This document shows, one piece after another, positions 1 to 9,041 of a stretch of 64,000 nt of DNA. How positions within the stretch are numbered: position 1 is the stretch's first letter; each line of letters begins with the position of its first letter. The translations under genes were made by a program, and so were the position numbers. The stretch lies in the NCBI GenBank assembly GCA_930971385.1, contig CAKNGB010000001.1:3670-67669 (forward strand), in the 5' to 3' direction. The stretch is from an uncultured Clostridia bacterium (GTDB lineage: Bacteria; Bacillota; Clostridia; Christensenellales; UBA1242). The notes below the pieces were generated by a model. It did no database searches. It was given only the letters and a program-made list of their open reading frames with translations, and was not told the origin of the DNA.

Positions 1-2
1 AA

Positions 3-3000
3 AATGAAGATAGTTTTGTTTACTTTTCCGTTAATGATTTAAGTTATAAACTCGACACAACCGAAGTGGAAAATTTTGATTTCTCTTCGCTTTTGCCATA
101 TCTTCAATCAAATGTCGACACCGACGCACTTTTAGAATTTTTGTCACGCTACACAGGCGTTGATTTTGCCAACTTAGACTTAAATTCACTTATGACCGAA
201 CTTTCCATTAAGGAAAATAATGTGGAAGAAGGTCATCGTTTCACAATTTCCTTAGGCTCGCTTATTGTGACCATTGATTGTGATGAAAATTTTAACAACA
301 TTTCACTCACACTTCGCGAAATCAACTATGGCGGATATAACATCAAGGCAAGCGTTGACACAGTTGAACTAAACCGAGAAGATTTTGCTCTTAACTTAAC
401 GCCAACAGGCGAGGAAACGGATATCACATCTCTTCTTCAACTTGTGGAAAATGCCAAACTTAATGAAAACACCTATGCACTTTCTTTTGACCTTACCATT
501 AGTGTTGATGATATGGTTGTTAACGGCGATGTTATGGCAATGCTCGTTCAAAGTGGAAATGAACTTGTGCCATATGTTAGATTTAAAATGAACGAATTTG
601 AAGGCTTCAAGGGATATATCTATTTAATCGATAACACTGTATATTTAAACGCACAAAACCTTCTTTTAAAATTTGATATAAACGAATTGAATGAAGATAA
701 ACTTACCGAAATTGAAGGCGTTTTAAAAGACTTTGGCATTGATTTAGATGTAGTTGAAACCGTCAGCGTCATTCTTCCAACACTTGAAAACATTAAATTG
801 ACACTGCTTGAAAGCGGACTTCAAGTTGTGGTTGATGATGTGGTTATCGGCGATAAATTAAGTTTAAATAACATCAATTTAAGCGTAAATTTAACAAATG
901 CTGATGATGTTATCTTGCCTAGTTCCGCTGAGATTTTGGCAACCTTAACCGACCTTGAAAGCAAAGAAAACAAAGATGTTAAAATTCTTCTTGACAACAT
1001 AAAAATTGGCGCAAGCACACAGAACTTAGACGACATCACTTTTGAAGAAAACGAAATCTTCCTTCAAACGAATTTAGATAAGAAAGAATTAAACGAATTT
1101 GCTGATATTGCTCCTTTAACAAGCATAATAACAAACGCTCTTGGCACAAAAACCTTGCAAGGAGATGTTAATTTGCAAGTTTCAAAGGGCGAATTTAAAG
1201 TTGATTTAACAGGGTTTGTTAAATTTGACCTTGATTCTCTTTCTGTTTCTGCCGATTTAACCTTAAAATATGAAAATGTGAGTGTTGATGCTAAAGTTTA
1301 CGGCTTCAACTTAGATGAAAGTCACTTGGTTTACATCAGCCTTGGAGGCGAGGTTTTCGCTTTGGATGTTGATAATCTTGACTTTGAAAGATTGATGAAA
1401 GACTACGGAATTTCTCAGCCAGCTATTGATGCTGTGGATGTTATTAAAGATATTATCTCTGTTGACATCAATAATTTAGACCTTGTTAACCTATCAAACA
1501 GGCTTAATTTAAAAGAAATTGAAAATGGCTACGCATTGACATTCGACGAAAAAGAAATAAAGATTAACTATAACGAAACTTTCAATATTTTCAACTTTGA
1601 TGTTAGTGCAATTTCATATGAAGGTTATGTTGTTAAAGTGGGGTTAGATAATGTTGAAATCAATGCCTCTGATTTTGCAATAGACTTTGTGCCAACTGGC
1701 GAGGAAACAGAAATTTCTTCCATTTTGTTTATTGAAGAATATGCAAGGTTAAACGAAACAGAACAGGAAACAACTTATGCTCTTTCTTCCGATTTATCAG
1801 TTTCTGTTGACGATATGACTTTAACTGGCAATATTTTGGCAAGATTAGTTAAAAGCGAAAGTGGTTTAACGCCATATCTAAGAGTTAAAATAAATGAATT
1901 TAAAGGCTTTAAGGGATATATCTATTTAATTGATAACACTGTTTATTTAAACGCACAAAATCTTCTTTTGAAACTTGATATTGATGATTTAACTGAAGAA
2001 AAATTAAGCGAGATTGAAGAGATTTTAACTAACTTCGGCGTCAGCATGGAAGAGACAGAAAAATTCACACTTGTTCTTCCAACGCTTTCTGAAATCAGCA
2101 TCAACTGGCTTGAAAACGGCATCAATATTGCAACGAAAAACGGTCTTACGATTAATGAACAATACAACCTTTCCGATATAAGTTTAAGTTTAATCACTTC
2201 CAATGAAAACGATGTTATTTTGCCAGAAGAAGTTAAAGTTAGTGCAACTTTAAACAATTTAACAAACAGCGCACAAAATGAATTTAAATTGACACTCTCA
2301 TCTGTTAAACTTGGCAAGAATTCACTGCATCTTGAAGACATTGCTTTTGGTGAAAACAGCATTTCACTTCAAACCAACACTGGCATGACAACAACTGACA
2401 AATTTATGGATGCAATGAAAATTTTTGACCTTGCAAAAAATGTGCTTGAAACAAAAAATGTTCAAGGAAACATCAATTTAACCATTGAAAATGGTGAAAC
2501 CAAAATTGATGCAGAAGGCGTGGTGAAATTTGACCTTAACAATATGGCAGTTTCTGCTGACTTAACACTAAATTACAATGGCTTAAATGTCAGCCTTTCA
2601 GTTTATGGCTTTAATATTGATGTTAATCGCACGATTTATCTAACTTATGACGGACGCACATTCGCTCTTAATATTGACAATATTGACCTTTCGTCATTTA
2701 TGGAAACAAACGAAGAAGTTGATGTCACAGAAACTGTTGTAAATATTATTAAAGATGTTTTAGGAATTGACATTAATAATGTTGACATCGCAAACTTAAC
2801 TAACCAAATTTTCTTAAATGAAATTGAAAACGGCTATACAATCACATTTAACGATAAAACAATCACTTTAAACTATAACGAATTATTTAATATTTTCAGT
2901 GTAGATTTAAGCAAAATTTCATATAATGGTTTTTATGTAAAGGTAAATTTAAGTGATGTTGAAATCAATGCTTCAAACTTTGCGATTGACTACACTCCAA

Positions 3001-5456
3001 CTGGCGAGGAAACAGAAATTTCTTCCATGTTTAAACTTTTGGAAAACGCAAAACTCGATGAAAACACCTATGCGTTCTCGGGCGACTTAGCAGTTAGATA
3101 CAGCACAACATCTTTCTATGGCAACATTTTGGCTATGCTTGTGGAAAGCGAAAACGGTTTTGTGCCATATATAAGAATTTACACATCCTCTATGAATTTA
3201 AACACATATATCTATCTTCTTGATGAAACAATCTACCTTGACCTTCATGGGCTTAGGTTAACTTTCAATTTAAGTGAAAATTCGATTAATGAAATTCTAG
3301 CCTTTGTTCAAGAAAACTTTGGTGTTGAGGAGTTGAACGCAACAGTTGCGCTTTCGGTTATCTTGCCAAAACTCAGTGCAATAACTCATGGCTGGTCTGT
3401 TGATAATGGACTTCAAATCAACATTTCTGATAATCTATATTACACCGAAACATCTTATTTCAAAGATATCGTTCTTCAAGCATTTATGGCGGAAACTGAC
3501 ACTCAAATTCTGCCAACGGGCGTGGTGATTGGCGCAAACATTGTTGACCCTAACACAGAAATTTATGATGATTACAGCGATTATCTTTTAAACGGCGAAA
3601 ATCCAGTCACATCAAACAAGAATTTCGCAGTTTACATCGACAATATCTCGATTGGAAAGAGTGCCGACTATCAAAATTCTATCACTTTTGAAAATGGAAA
3701 GGTAGTTTCTGTTGTTGGCTTTAACGATGTTAGTTTTGATGTTGCAGAATTTGTGGATGTTCATGTTTTAATGGATATTGTGGAAAAGGCACTTAGCTAT
3801 ATTAATTCAAACACCTTCCAACTTCGTATTGACGCAACTCTTCAAAATGGAAAGAATGAAACAAGAATAGGTGGCGATGTTATCCTCTCAATCACAAAAG
3901 CCGTGAAAGAAAATGAGGCGGAAACTAAGGTTGGCTTCACATTGTTTGGTGGTAAGCGTCTTAAATTGCAAGCCGATTTGACAATTGAAAACTATGCTCC
4001 ACAATTAGTTGAAACAACCAATGAAGAAACTATGGTGAGAACTTCGGAACATCAAATTTCCATCTATTACGACTCTAATCAAGTGGATGAAAATGGCTAT
4101 GTTCAAAGCGACCTTGGCGGACTTTACATTTCTTACACTCACGACCAAAACATCGGCACAAACTATTTCCGTGGTCATATTCAAAACACCGATTTAAATG
4201 ATAAAAATCAAAAAGCGGATATGAGTGATTTGATTGCTTTAATTCTTAATTTTGCAAACATTGAAATTGGCGACGAGGCAATGGAAAGTTGGCAACTAAC
4301 TGAAAACACAACCGACTTTAGTTTCCTTCAAAAACTTCTTGGAATTGGTGGCAATGATTTAAGTGATGAAATCACCGAAACCGACCAAATTTTAGGCGAT
4401 GTTTCAAGCATTTTAGCAATGATAGAAAGCATTTCGTTTAACAAGAATGAACAGAATGTTTATGAACTTGCAGTGGGTGTTGATTTAGGCGATAATGTGG
4501 CTGAAATTTCTGTTATTTTCGATAAAAACAACAATTTAAGCATAATTAATGCTGGAAACATTTCCTTTGAAAATAACAACATCACAGCAAGCATAGAAGT
4601 GCAGGAATATGATGAAGCGAATTTTGATTATAATATAAATAATTCTCACTTCGACCTATCCAACATTCCAGAATTTTTGGATATTGCTGTGAACACCTTA
4701 AACACAAAATCGTTTAACTATCAAGGCACAATAAATCTTGAAATGACAAAACTTGCAACAATAGATATCAATGTCGATTTATTTGGAAAATTTGATGAAA
4801 ATAATGAACTTTCGCTTTATGTTGAACTTGGCATTGTTCCAAATGGTCTTAGTACATTAGCATTTGATTCATTATTCAAAAGTCGTACAACTCAAATAAC
4901 AATAGAACATGGCGTTATGTCTATCATAAGACACACAACTAAGATTATCGGTAGTGAAACCCATGAGGCAACTTATAAATTAAGTGAAATAAACACTGAT
5001 AACATGTTGACAGTTATTGATGATATCCTTGGATTTAGCAGTTTGGCAGAAAGCATTATCAAAACGGTTATTGAAAATATAACACTGCCAACTCCAACTA
5101 TTGAAGAAGCAATGAAAGAGTTTAGTGTGACCGATACGGGTTATAGACTAGGGCTTGACGGATATAATGTGACTGGCATGGATGGCATTCAAGATATTAT
5201 CTATGTTGACCTTGGTGTTAGCAAAGGATATGATGTTAATATTAATAATGAAGAACTTGGTCAGTATGAAAAAACACTCAAATTCATTGAGTCCATTTCC
5301 ACATCCTTGAATGTTGATGATATGTTAATTGTGGACTTAACCTTAAAAAGCGTCAACGGAACTTCTTATCAGACTTCTTTAGGTGAAACAATTTATACGA
5401 ATGAGTGGTATAGACAACAATACATTTCATCGATTGGAACATTAAAAGAAAATTAA
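3..5456 (+). CDS. giant acidic Asn/Asp/Glu-rich repeat protein, 5'-truncated by the window edge (1817 aa visible); function unknown
   Basis: Frame 3 is open from nt 3: NEDSFVYFSVNDLSYKLDTTEV precedes the GTG at 66 that the ORF track used as start. That upstream stretch aligns with the end of the internal repeat unit (..LVYISLGGEVFALDVDNLDFERL / ..TIYLTYDGRTFALNIDNIDLSSF), so the true start is upstream of the window. Stop TAA at 5454-5456 is followed by a hairpin terminator. No family recognised. Confidence 0.85.
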   Translation, partial: NEDSFVYFSVNDLSYKLDTTEVENFDFSSLLPYLQSNVDTDALLEFLSRYTGVDFANLDLNSLMTELSIKENNVEEGHRFTISLGSLIVTIDCDENFNNISLTLREINYGGYNIKASVDTVELNREDFALNLTPTGEETDITSLLQLVENAKLNENTYALSFDLTISVDDMVVNGDVMAMLVQSGNELVPYVRFKMNEFEGFKGYIYLIDNTVYLNAQNLLLKFDINELNEDKLTEIEGVLKDFGIDLDVVETVSVILPTLENIKLTLLESGLQVVVDDVVIGDKLSLNNINLSVNLTNADDVILPSSAEILATLTDLESKENKDVKILLDNIKIGASTQNLDDITFEENEIFLQTNLDKKELNEFADIAPLTSIITNALGTKTLQGDVNLQVSKGEFKVDLTGFVKFDLDSLSVSADLTLKYENVSVDAKVYGFNLDESHLVYISLGGEVFALDVDNLDFERLMKDYGISQPAIDAVDVIKDIISVDINNLDLVNLSNRLNLKEIENGYALTFDEKEIKINYNETFNIFNFDVSAISYEGYVVKVGLDNVEINASDFAIDFVPTGEETEISSILFIEEYARLNETEQETTYALSSDLSVSVDDMTLTGNILARLVKSESGLTPYLRVKINEFKGFKGYIYLIDNTVYLNAQNLLLKLDIDDLTEEKLSEIEEILTNFGVSMEETEKFTLVLPTLSEISINWLENGINIATKNGLTINEQYNLSDISLSLITSNENDVILPEEVKVSATLNNLTNSAQNEFKLTLSSVKLGKNSLHLEDIAFGENSISLQTNTGMTTTDKFMDAMKIFDLAKNVLETKNVQGNINLTIENGETKIDAEGVVKFDLNNMAVSADLTLNYNGLNVSLSVYGFNIDVNRTIYLTYDGRTFALNIDNIDLSSFMETNEEVDVTETVVNIIKDVLGIDINNVDIANLTNQIFLNEIENGYTITFNDKTITLNYNELFNIFSVDLSKISYNGFYVKVNLSDVEINASNFAIDYTPTGEETEISSMFKLLENAKLDENTYAFSGDLAVRYSTTSFYGNILAMLVESENGFVPYIRIYTSSMNLNTYIYLLDETIYLDLHGLRLTFNLSENSINEILAFVQENFGVEELNATVALSVILPKLSAITHGWSVDNGLQINISDNLYYTETSYFKDIVLQAFMAETDTQILPTGVVIGANIVDPNTEIYDDYSDYLLNGENPVTSNKNFAVYIDNISIGKSADYQNSITFENGKVVSVVGFNDVSFDVAEFVDVHVLMDIVEKALSYINSNTFQLRIDATLQNGKNETRIGGDVILSITKAVKENEAETKVGFTLFGGKRLKLQADLTIENYAPQLVETTNEETMVRTSEHQISIYYDSNQVDENGYVQSDLGGLYISYTHDQNIGTNYFRGHIQNTDLNDKNQKADMSDLIALILNFANIEIGDEAMESWQLTENTTDFSFLQKLLGIGGNDLSDEITETDQILGDVSSILAMIESISFNKNEQNVYELAVGVDLGDNVAEISVIFDKNNNLSIINAGNISFENNNITASIEVQEYDEANFDYNINNSHFDLSNIPEFLDIAVNTLNTKSFNYQGTINLEMTKLATIDINVDLFGKFDENNELSLYVELGIVPNGLSTLAFDSLFKSRTTQITIEHGVMSIIRHTTKIIGSETHEATYKLSEINTDNMLTVIDDILGFSSLAESIIKTVIENITLPTPTIEEAMKEFSVTDTGYRLGLDGYNVTGMDGIQDIIYVDLGVSKGYDVNINNEELGQYEKTLKFIESISTSLNVDDMLIVDLTLKSVNGTSYQTSLGETIYTNEWYRQQYISSIGTLKEN
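66..3990 (+). repeat. intragenic tandem repeat, three units of ~1.3 kb (~433 aa); the third is more diverged and a fourth probably lies upstream of the window
   Basis: The anchor motif P(T/V)GEET(D/E)I(T/S)S recurs at nt ~400, ~1692 and ~2998 (spacings 1292 and 1306 nt). Long collinear similarity between units, e.g. GFKGYIYLIDNTVYLNAQNLLLK is identical in units 1 and 2. Confidence 0.8.
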
Positions 5457-5483
5457 ACCTCCTAAAAAGAGGTTTAATTTTTT
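5455..5483 (+). terminator. rho-independent terminator of the giant repeat protein gene
   Basis: AAACCTC (5455-5461) / GAGGTTT (5469-5475) stem followed by AATTTTTT. Confidence 0.7.
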
Positions 5484-5548
5484 ATGTTTTAGGTTTTTGT
5501 TAATATGAGAGGATAAATTTTAATAAAATATTTTCGCTGTTTCGCGGG

Positions 5549-5664
5549 GCGGGCGCAATAAAAAAGATTTTGCCCAAATGGCAGGTTGTTTAAACCAGCA
5601 CAAACAAAGGCAAAATCTTTTTGCTTGCAGGGCAAGCCCATGCATTGCATGGAATTGCGCCCGC
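5549..5664 (-). repeat. GC-rich four-way-junction (cloverleaf-like) palindromic element, family C copy 1
   Basis: Outer stem GCGGGCGCAAT (5549-5559) / ATTGCGCCCGC (5654-5664). It encloses three abutting hairpins: 14 bp AAAAAGATTTTGCC/GGCAAAATCTTTTT with a 34-nt loop (5561-5622); GCTTGC/GCAAGC (5623-5637); CCATGC/GCATGG (5638-5652). All pairs are Watson-Crick. The element ends on the first base of the metG stop codon. Strand is assigned only by analogy with copy 2. Confidence 0.6.
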
Positions 5665-7364
5665 TATTTAATTTCCAATTCTTGTTTAAATTTTTCAATC
5701 ATTTCATCATCAATACGCATAAAAAGTGGTTTTGGAGAAGAAATCTTATGCGCTTTTGAAATATTAATTATGCTTGCTTCTTCCCACATATCTTCGCTGT
5801 CAGGCGAGCTGGTAAAACCAAGTTGCTCCCAAATTTCCTTTGTTTTAGACGGAATGATTGGGCTTGCCACAATGGCGAGCGCCTTTGCCATGTTAAGCGA
5901 AAGGAATAAAACTTTCTTAGCGCCATCTAAATCTCCATTTTTAATCATTGACCAAGGCGCAGTTTTTTCAAGATAGGTGTTTCCAATTGAAGCGAAGCGC
6001 ATAATTTCTTTGTAGGCGTTTCTAAATTCGGTTTGTGAAAACATTTCAGCAATTGTTTTAGGGCAAGACTTTATTGCTTCCACCATTTCTTTGTCAAACT
6101 CGTTTAAGTTGTTTTTAATGTCGTCAAAGGAGATGCCAAGTTCTCCACCAAAATTCTTATTAATCATGTTAAGCGTTCTGTTGAAGAAATTGCCATATTT
6201 TCCCACAAGTTCGGCGTTGGTGTTAAGTTTAAAGCCTTCATAAGAAAAATCGCTGTCCTTATTTTCTGGGAAAATGGAAACGAGATAGGCTCTAAGTGCG
6301 TCAATATCCACATCGCTATTAAGCAAACTTTCGCAGAATATTCCCACCTTTTGAGATTTTGAAAATTTCTTGCCTTCAAAATTTAAGAAGTTGAAGCCAA
6401 CAACATTTTGTGCCAAGTTATATTTTCCACTTCCAAGTTCAATGCATGGGAAGAACACTGCGTGAAAGTCGATGTTATCTTTGCCGATAAAGTTGTAGAT
6501 TTCACATTCATCATTTTGCCAGCGGTCCTTAACCATTTCATTTCCACCAAGTTCTTTTGTGATGGAAATGTAGCCAATAGGCGCGTCAAACCACACATAG
6601 AAAACCTTATCTTCAAAATTTTTAAGTGGCACTTTAATTCCCCAAGGAATATCGCGGGTGATACATCTCGGCTTCAAGCCCTCATTTATCCATTTGTATG
6701 CCATATTGTAAACATAAGGGCGGAAGACATCCTTTTTGGAGTCTATCCAATTTTTAAGTTTATCTTGAAGTTTATCAAGGCGAATGTAAAGATGTTTAGT
6801 GTTCTTGAAAACGGCTTCGCGGTTGCACCAAACACATTTAGGATTTTTAAGTTCCTCTAAGTCATAAGTTTTTCCGCAGTTGTCGCACTGGTCGCCATAG
6901 GCTTTATCATATCCGCAATATGGGCAAACACCATAAACAAAACGGTCAGCAAGGGCAATCTTATCGTGTTCGCAATAGCACATCTTGCTTTCTTTTTCTG
7001 AAATATAACCGTTTTTGTTTAAGTCATTAAAAATCTCACAGGTCACTTCTTCGTGTGTTTTTGTGTTTGTTCCGCTGAAAATATCAAAGTTGATGTTCAA
7101 TCTTTTTGCAATATCTTTCATTTTGCCATTCATCATTTTGATATATTCGTTGATTTCCATATTCATGTTTTTAGCACTTATGAAACTTGCAGTGCCATAG
7201 TCATCCGTTCCGCTGACATAGATGGTGTCGTTGCCATAGGTCCTATTAAAACGCGCAAACACATCGCCAGGAAGCCAACATCCAGCCACGTGACCAAGGT
7301 GTGGCAAGCCATTAATGTATAACAGTGCCGAAGTCACCAAAATTTTTTTTCTTTTTTTATCCAT
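5664..7364 (-). CDS. metG: methionyl-tRNA synthetase
   Basis: Class I HIGH-type motif (LPHLGHV), KMSKS-type motif (KFSKS) and MetRS-type zinc knuckles (CPYCGY..CDNCGK). A GAGG RBS lies 6 nt before the ATG at 7364. An alternative ATG at 7376 overlaps the hisS stop (ATGA). Confidence 0.9.
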   Translation of the reverse strand: MDKKRKKILVTSALLYINGLPHLGHVAGCWLPGDVFARFNRTYGNDTIYVSGTDDYGTASFISAKNMNMEINEYIKMMNGKMKDIAKRLNINFDIFSGTNTKTHEEVTCEIFNDLNKNGYISEKESKMCYCEHDKIALADRFVYGVCPYCGYDKAYGDQCDNCGKTYDLEELKNPKCVWCNREAVFKNTKHLYIRLDKLQDKLKNWIDSKKDVFRPYVYNMAYKWINEGLKPRCITRDIPWGIKVPLKNFEDKVFYVWFDAPIGYISITKELGGNEMVKDRWQNDECEIYNFIGKDNIDFHAVFFPCIELGSGKYNLAQNVVGFNFLNFEGKKFSKSQKVGIFCESLLNSDVDIDALRAYLVSIFPENKDSDFSYEGFKLNTNAELVGKYGNFFNRTLNMINKNFGGELGISFDDIKNNLNEFDKEMVEAIKSCPKTIAEMFSQTEFRNAYKEIMRFASIGNTYLEKTAPWSMIKNGDLDGAKKVLFLSLNMAKALAIVASPIIPSKTKEIWEQLGFTSSPDSEDMWEEASIINISKAHKISSPKPLFMRIDDEMIEKFKQELEIK

Positions 7365-7372
7365 AAAATACC

Positions 7373-8656
7373 TCATTTTAATTTTTTAACAATCTCATCA
7401 AAACTCAATTTTTCCTGCGCCGAGGAGCGCATATCTTTAATTGTGTAGCGTTTCTCTTTCATTTCATCTTCGCCAAGCACAATGATGTATGGAAGCTTTC
7501 GCCTATTTGCTTCCTTCATTTTTGCCTTAAAACTCTTTCCTTCACCAACAATATCTGCTCGAATTTTTGCATTTCGTAAATCTGTCATAAGCGAAAGAGC
7601 AAACAGCATAGTTTCGTCAAACGCAACAATGCCAACTTGTGTTACCAAGTTTTCGTCGGTTTTAAATTTATCTTTAATTTCATCAAAAAGCCTTGTGATG
7701 CCAATGCTCATGCCCACGCCTTGAAACTTTCTTTCCGTGAAGTTGCCACAAAGGTTGTCATATCTTCCACCGCCACCAATAGCAAGATTTGAGTTTTCGA
7801 TAAACGCTTCAAACACGGTGCCAGTGTAGTAGTTATGTCCACGCACTATGGATAGATCGAAAGAATAGTTCTTTTTATCCATTTTAAGATATTTAAGGCG
7901 TTCATTTAAAGCCTTTAAATCCGAGATTCCTTCAAGGAAGGTTGGGTTGTCGGATAACTTTTCAACTTTTGCAATAATTGCCTCTAAATCGCCATTTTGC
8001 TTGGCAAGCAAGAAGGTTTGGTCAACTTGTGCAACAGTCAAACCACTTGCAATAAACATATTGGCAATTTCTTCCTCAGAAAGTTTTGCCATTTTGTCGT
8101 AAATAATCATAAGGTCGGAGATGTTTTTCGCTCCAATTCCCTCAAAAAAGCCAGCAAGAATTTTTCGATTGGAAATTTTAACATAGCAATTTAAGTTTAA
8201 CGCGCCAAGCGTGTCCTCATAAAGTTTAATACATTCAGCGTCGGCGGTTATCGACAAGTTTTCGCCAACAATGTCAGCGTCGCATTGATAGAACTCGCGA
8301 AATCTTCCTTTTTGAGGGCGTTCACCGCGATACACCTTGCCAACTTGATAGCGCTTAAAAGGAAATTCCAAAACATTTTCGTTCATGGCAACAAACCTTG
8401 CAAGAGGCACAGTTAAATCATAGCGTAAGCATAGGTCATTGTTGCCTTTTTGAAAACGATAAATTTCCTTATCAACTTCGCCACCACTTTTAGCAAGCAG
8501 AATTTCAGAGTATTCTGCAACTGGCGTGTCGAGAGGCATAAAACAATTATTTTCAAAGACTTTTCTTATCTTTGAAAGCATATTTTCAAACACAATTTCC
8601 TCTTCTGGCATAAGTTCCCAAAAGCCCTGAGGTTTTCTTGGAGTTATAAGTTTCAT
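7373..8656 (-). CDS. hisS: histidyl-tRNA synthetase
   Basis: Class II HisRS motifs (RYDLTVPLAR, FREFYQCDADIVG, GGGGRYDNL) plus a C-terminal anticodon-binding domain. GGAG RBS. Stop is TGA. Confidence 0.9.
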   Translation of the reverse strand: MKLITPRKPQGFWELMPEEEIVFENMLSKIRKVFENNCFMPLDTPVAEYSEILLAKSGGEVDKEIYRFQKGNNDLCLRYDLTVPLARFVAMNENVLEFPFKRYQVGKVYRGERPQKGRFREFYQCDADIVGENLSITADAECIKLYEDTLGALNLNCYVKISNRKILAGFFEGIGAKNISDLMIIYDKMAKLSEEEIANMFIASGLTVAQVDQTFLLAKQNGDLEAIIAKVEKLSDNPTFLEGISDLKALNERLKYLKMDKKNYSFDLSIVRGHNYYTGTVFEAFIENSNLAIGGGGRYDNLCGNFTERKFQGVGMSIGITRLFDEIKDKFKTDENLVTQVGIVAFDETMLFALSLMTDLRNAKIRADIVGEGKSFKAKMKEANRRKLPYIIVLGEDEMKEKRYTIKDMRSSAQEKLSFDEIVKKLK

Positions 8657-8676
8657 TTGCTCTCCTTAATTTATCT

Positions 8677-8705
8677 AGTATAGCGATTTTTTCTTATTTT
8701 GTCAA
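8677..8705 (-). promoter_or_regulatory. sigma-A type promoter of hisS-metG
   Basis: On the minus strand: TTGACA (8705-8700), 17-nt spacer, TATACT (8682-8677). The 5' UTR is about 20 nt, leaving no room for a T-box leader. Confidence 0.6.
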
Positions 8706-8756
8706 TAAAAAAAGAGTGTATGAATGCAAAAAATGATAGGTCAAAGTGGTTTTGAC

Positions 8757-8858
8757 TTATCCACAAATTATATTTATACATATCCTTTTATGAATATTCA
8801 AACAGGGGAAAGCGGGTAAAATGTGGAGTAATCCACACGAGTTATCCACATTTCCACA
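8757..8858. promoter_or_regulatory. DnaA-box cluster (candidate oriC segment or DnaA-regulated site)
   Basis: Perfect TTATCCACA at 8757-8765 and 8842-8850. TAATCCACA (1 mismatch) at 8829-8837. Two-mismatch boxes at 8822-8830 (reverse), 8850-8858 and 8938-8946. AT-rich repeats TTTTGAAAAA(A/T)TT lie at 8864-8876 and 8975-8988. Confidence 0.5.
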
Positions 8859-9041
8859 TTGATTTTTGAAAAAATTGACATTTTTCGTGCTTTTAGGCGA
8901 TTTTCAATCAAAATAGTTGAGCCTTAGTATATGACTATTTATCCGCCTTTATGCATAAAGTTTCTTTCTTGGAGTTTTGAAAAATTTTAAATAAATAATT
9001 ATGCAAGTTTTTTTGTTTTTTTAGTGGCCAAATTTTAATTG

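Noticed and set aside
5489-5976. ORFs 5489..5698 (-) and 5578..5976 (+) overlapping the GC-rich island and the metG 3' end
   Set aside because: Both are artefacts of the palindromic GC-rich element and of antisense reading through metG. Neither has an RBS, their composition is odd (Cys/Arg-rich), and one overlaps a well-supported gene.
8657-8760. T-box leader upstream of hisS-metG (and likewise upstream of cysS and glnS)
   Set aside because: A consensus promoter lies ~20 nt upstream of the hisS RBS. There is no specifier hairpin or T-box sequence, and the gaps before cysS (14 nt) and glnS (45 nt) are too short.
8657-9041. Calling this region oriC outright
   Set aside because: DnaA boxes are present, but dnaA and dnaN are absent from the window, gene orientation switches often across the window, and GC skew cannot be computed reliably by eye. 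It is kept as a candidate only.
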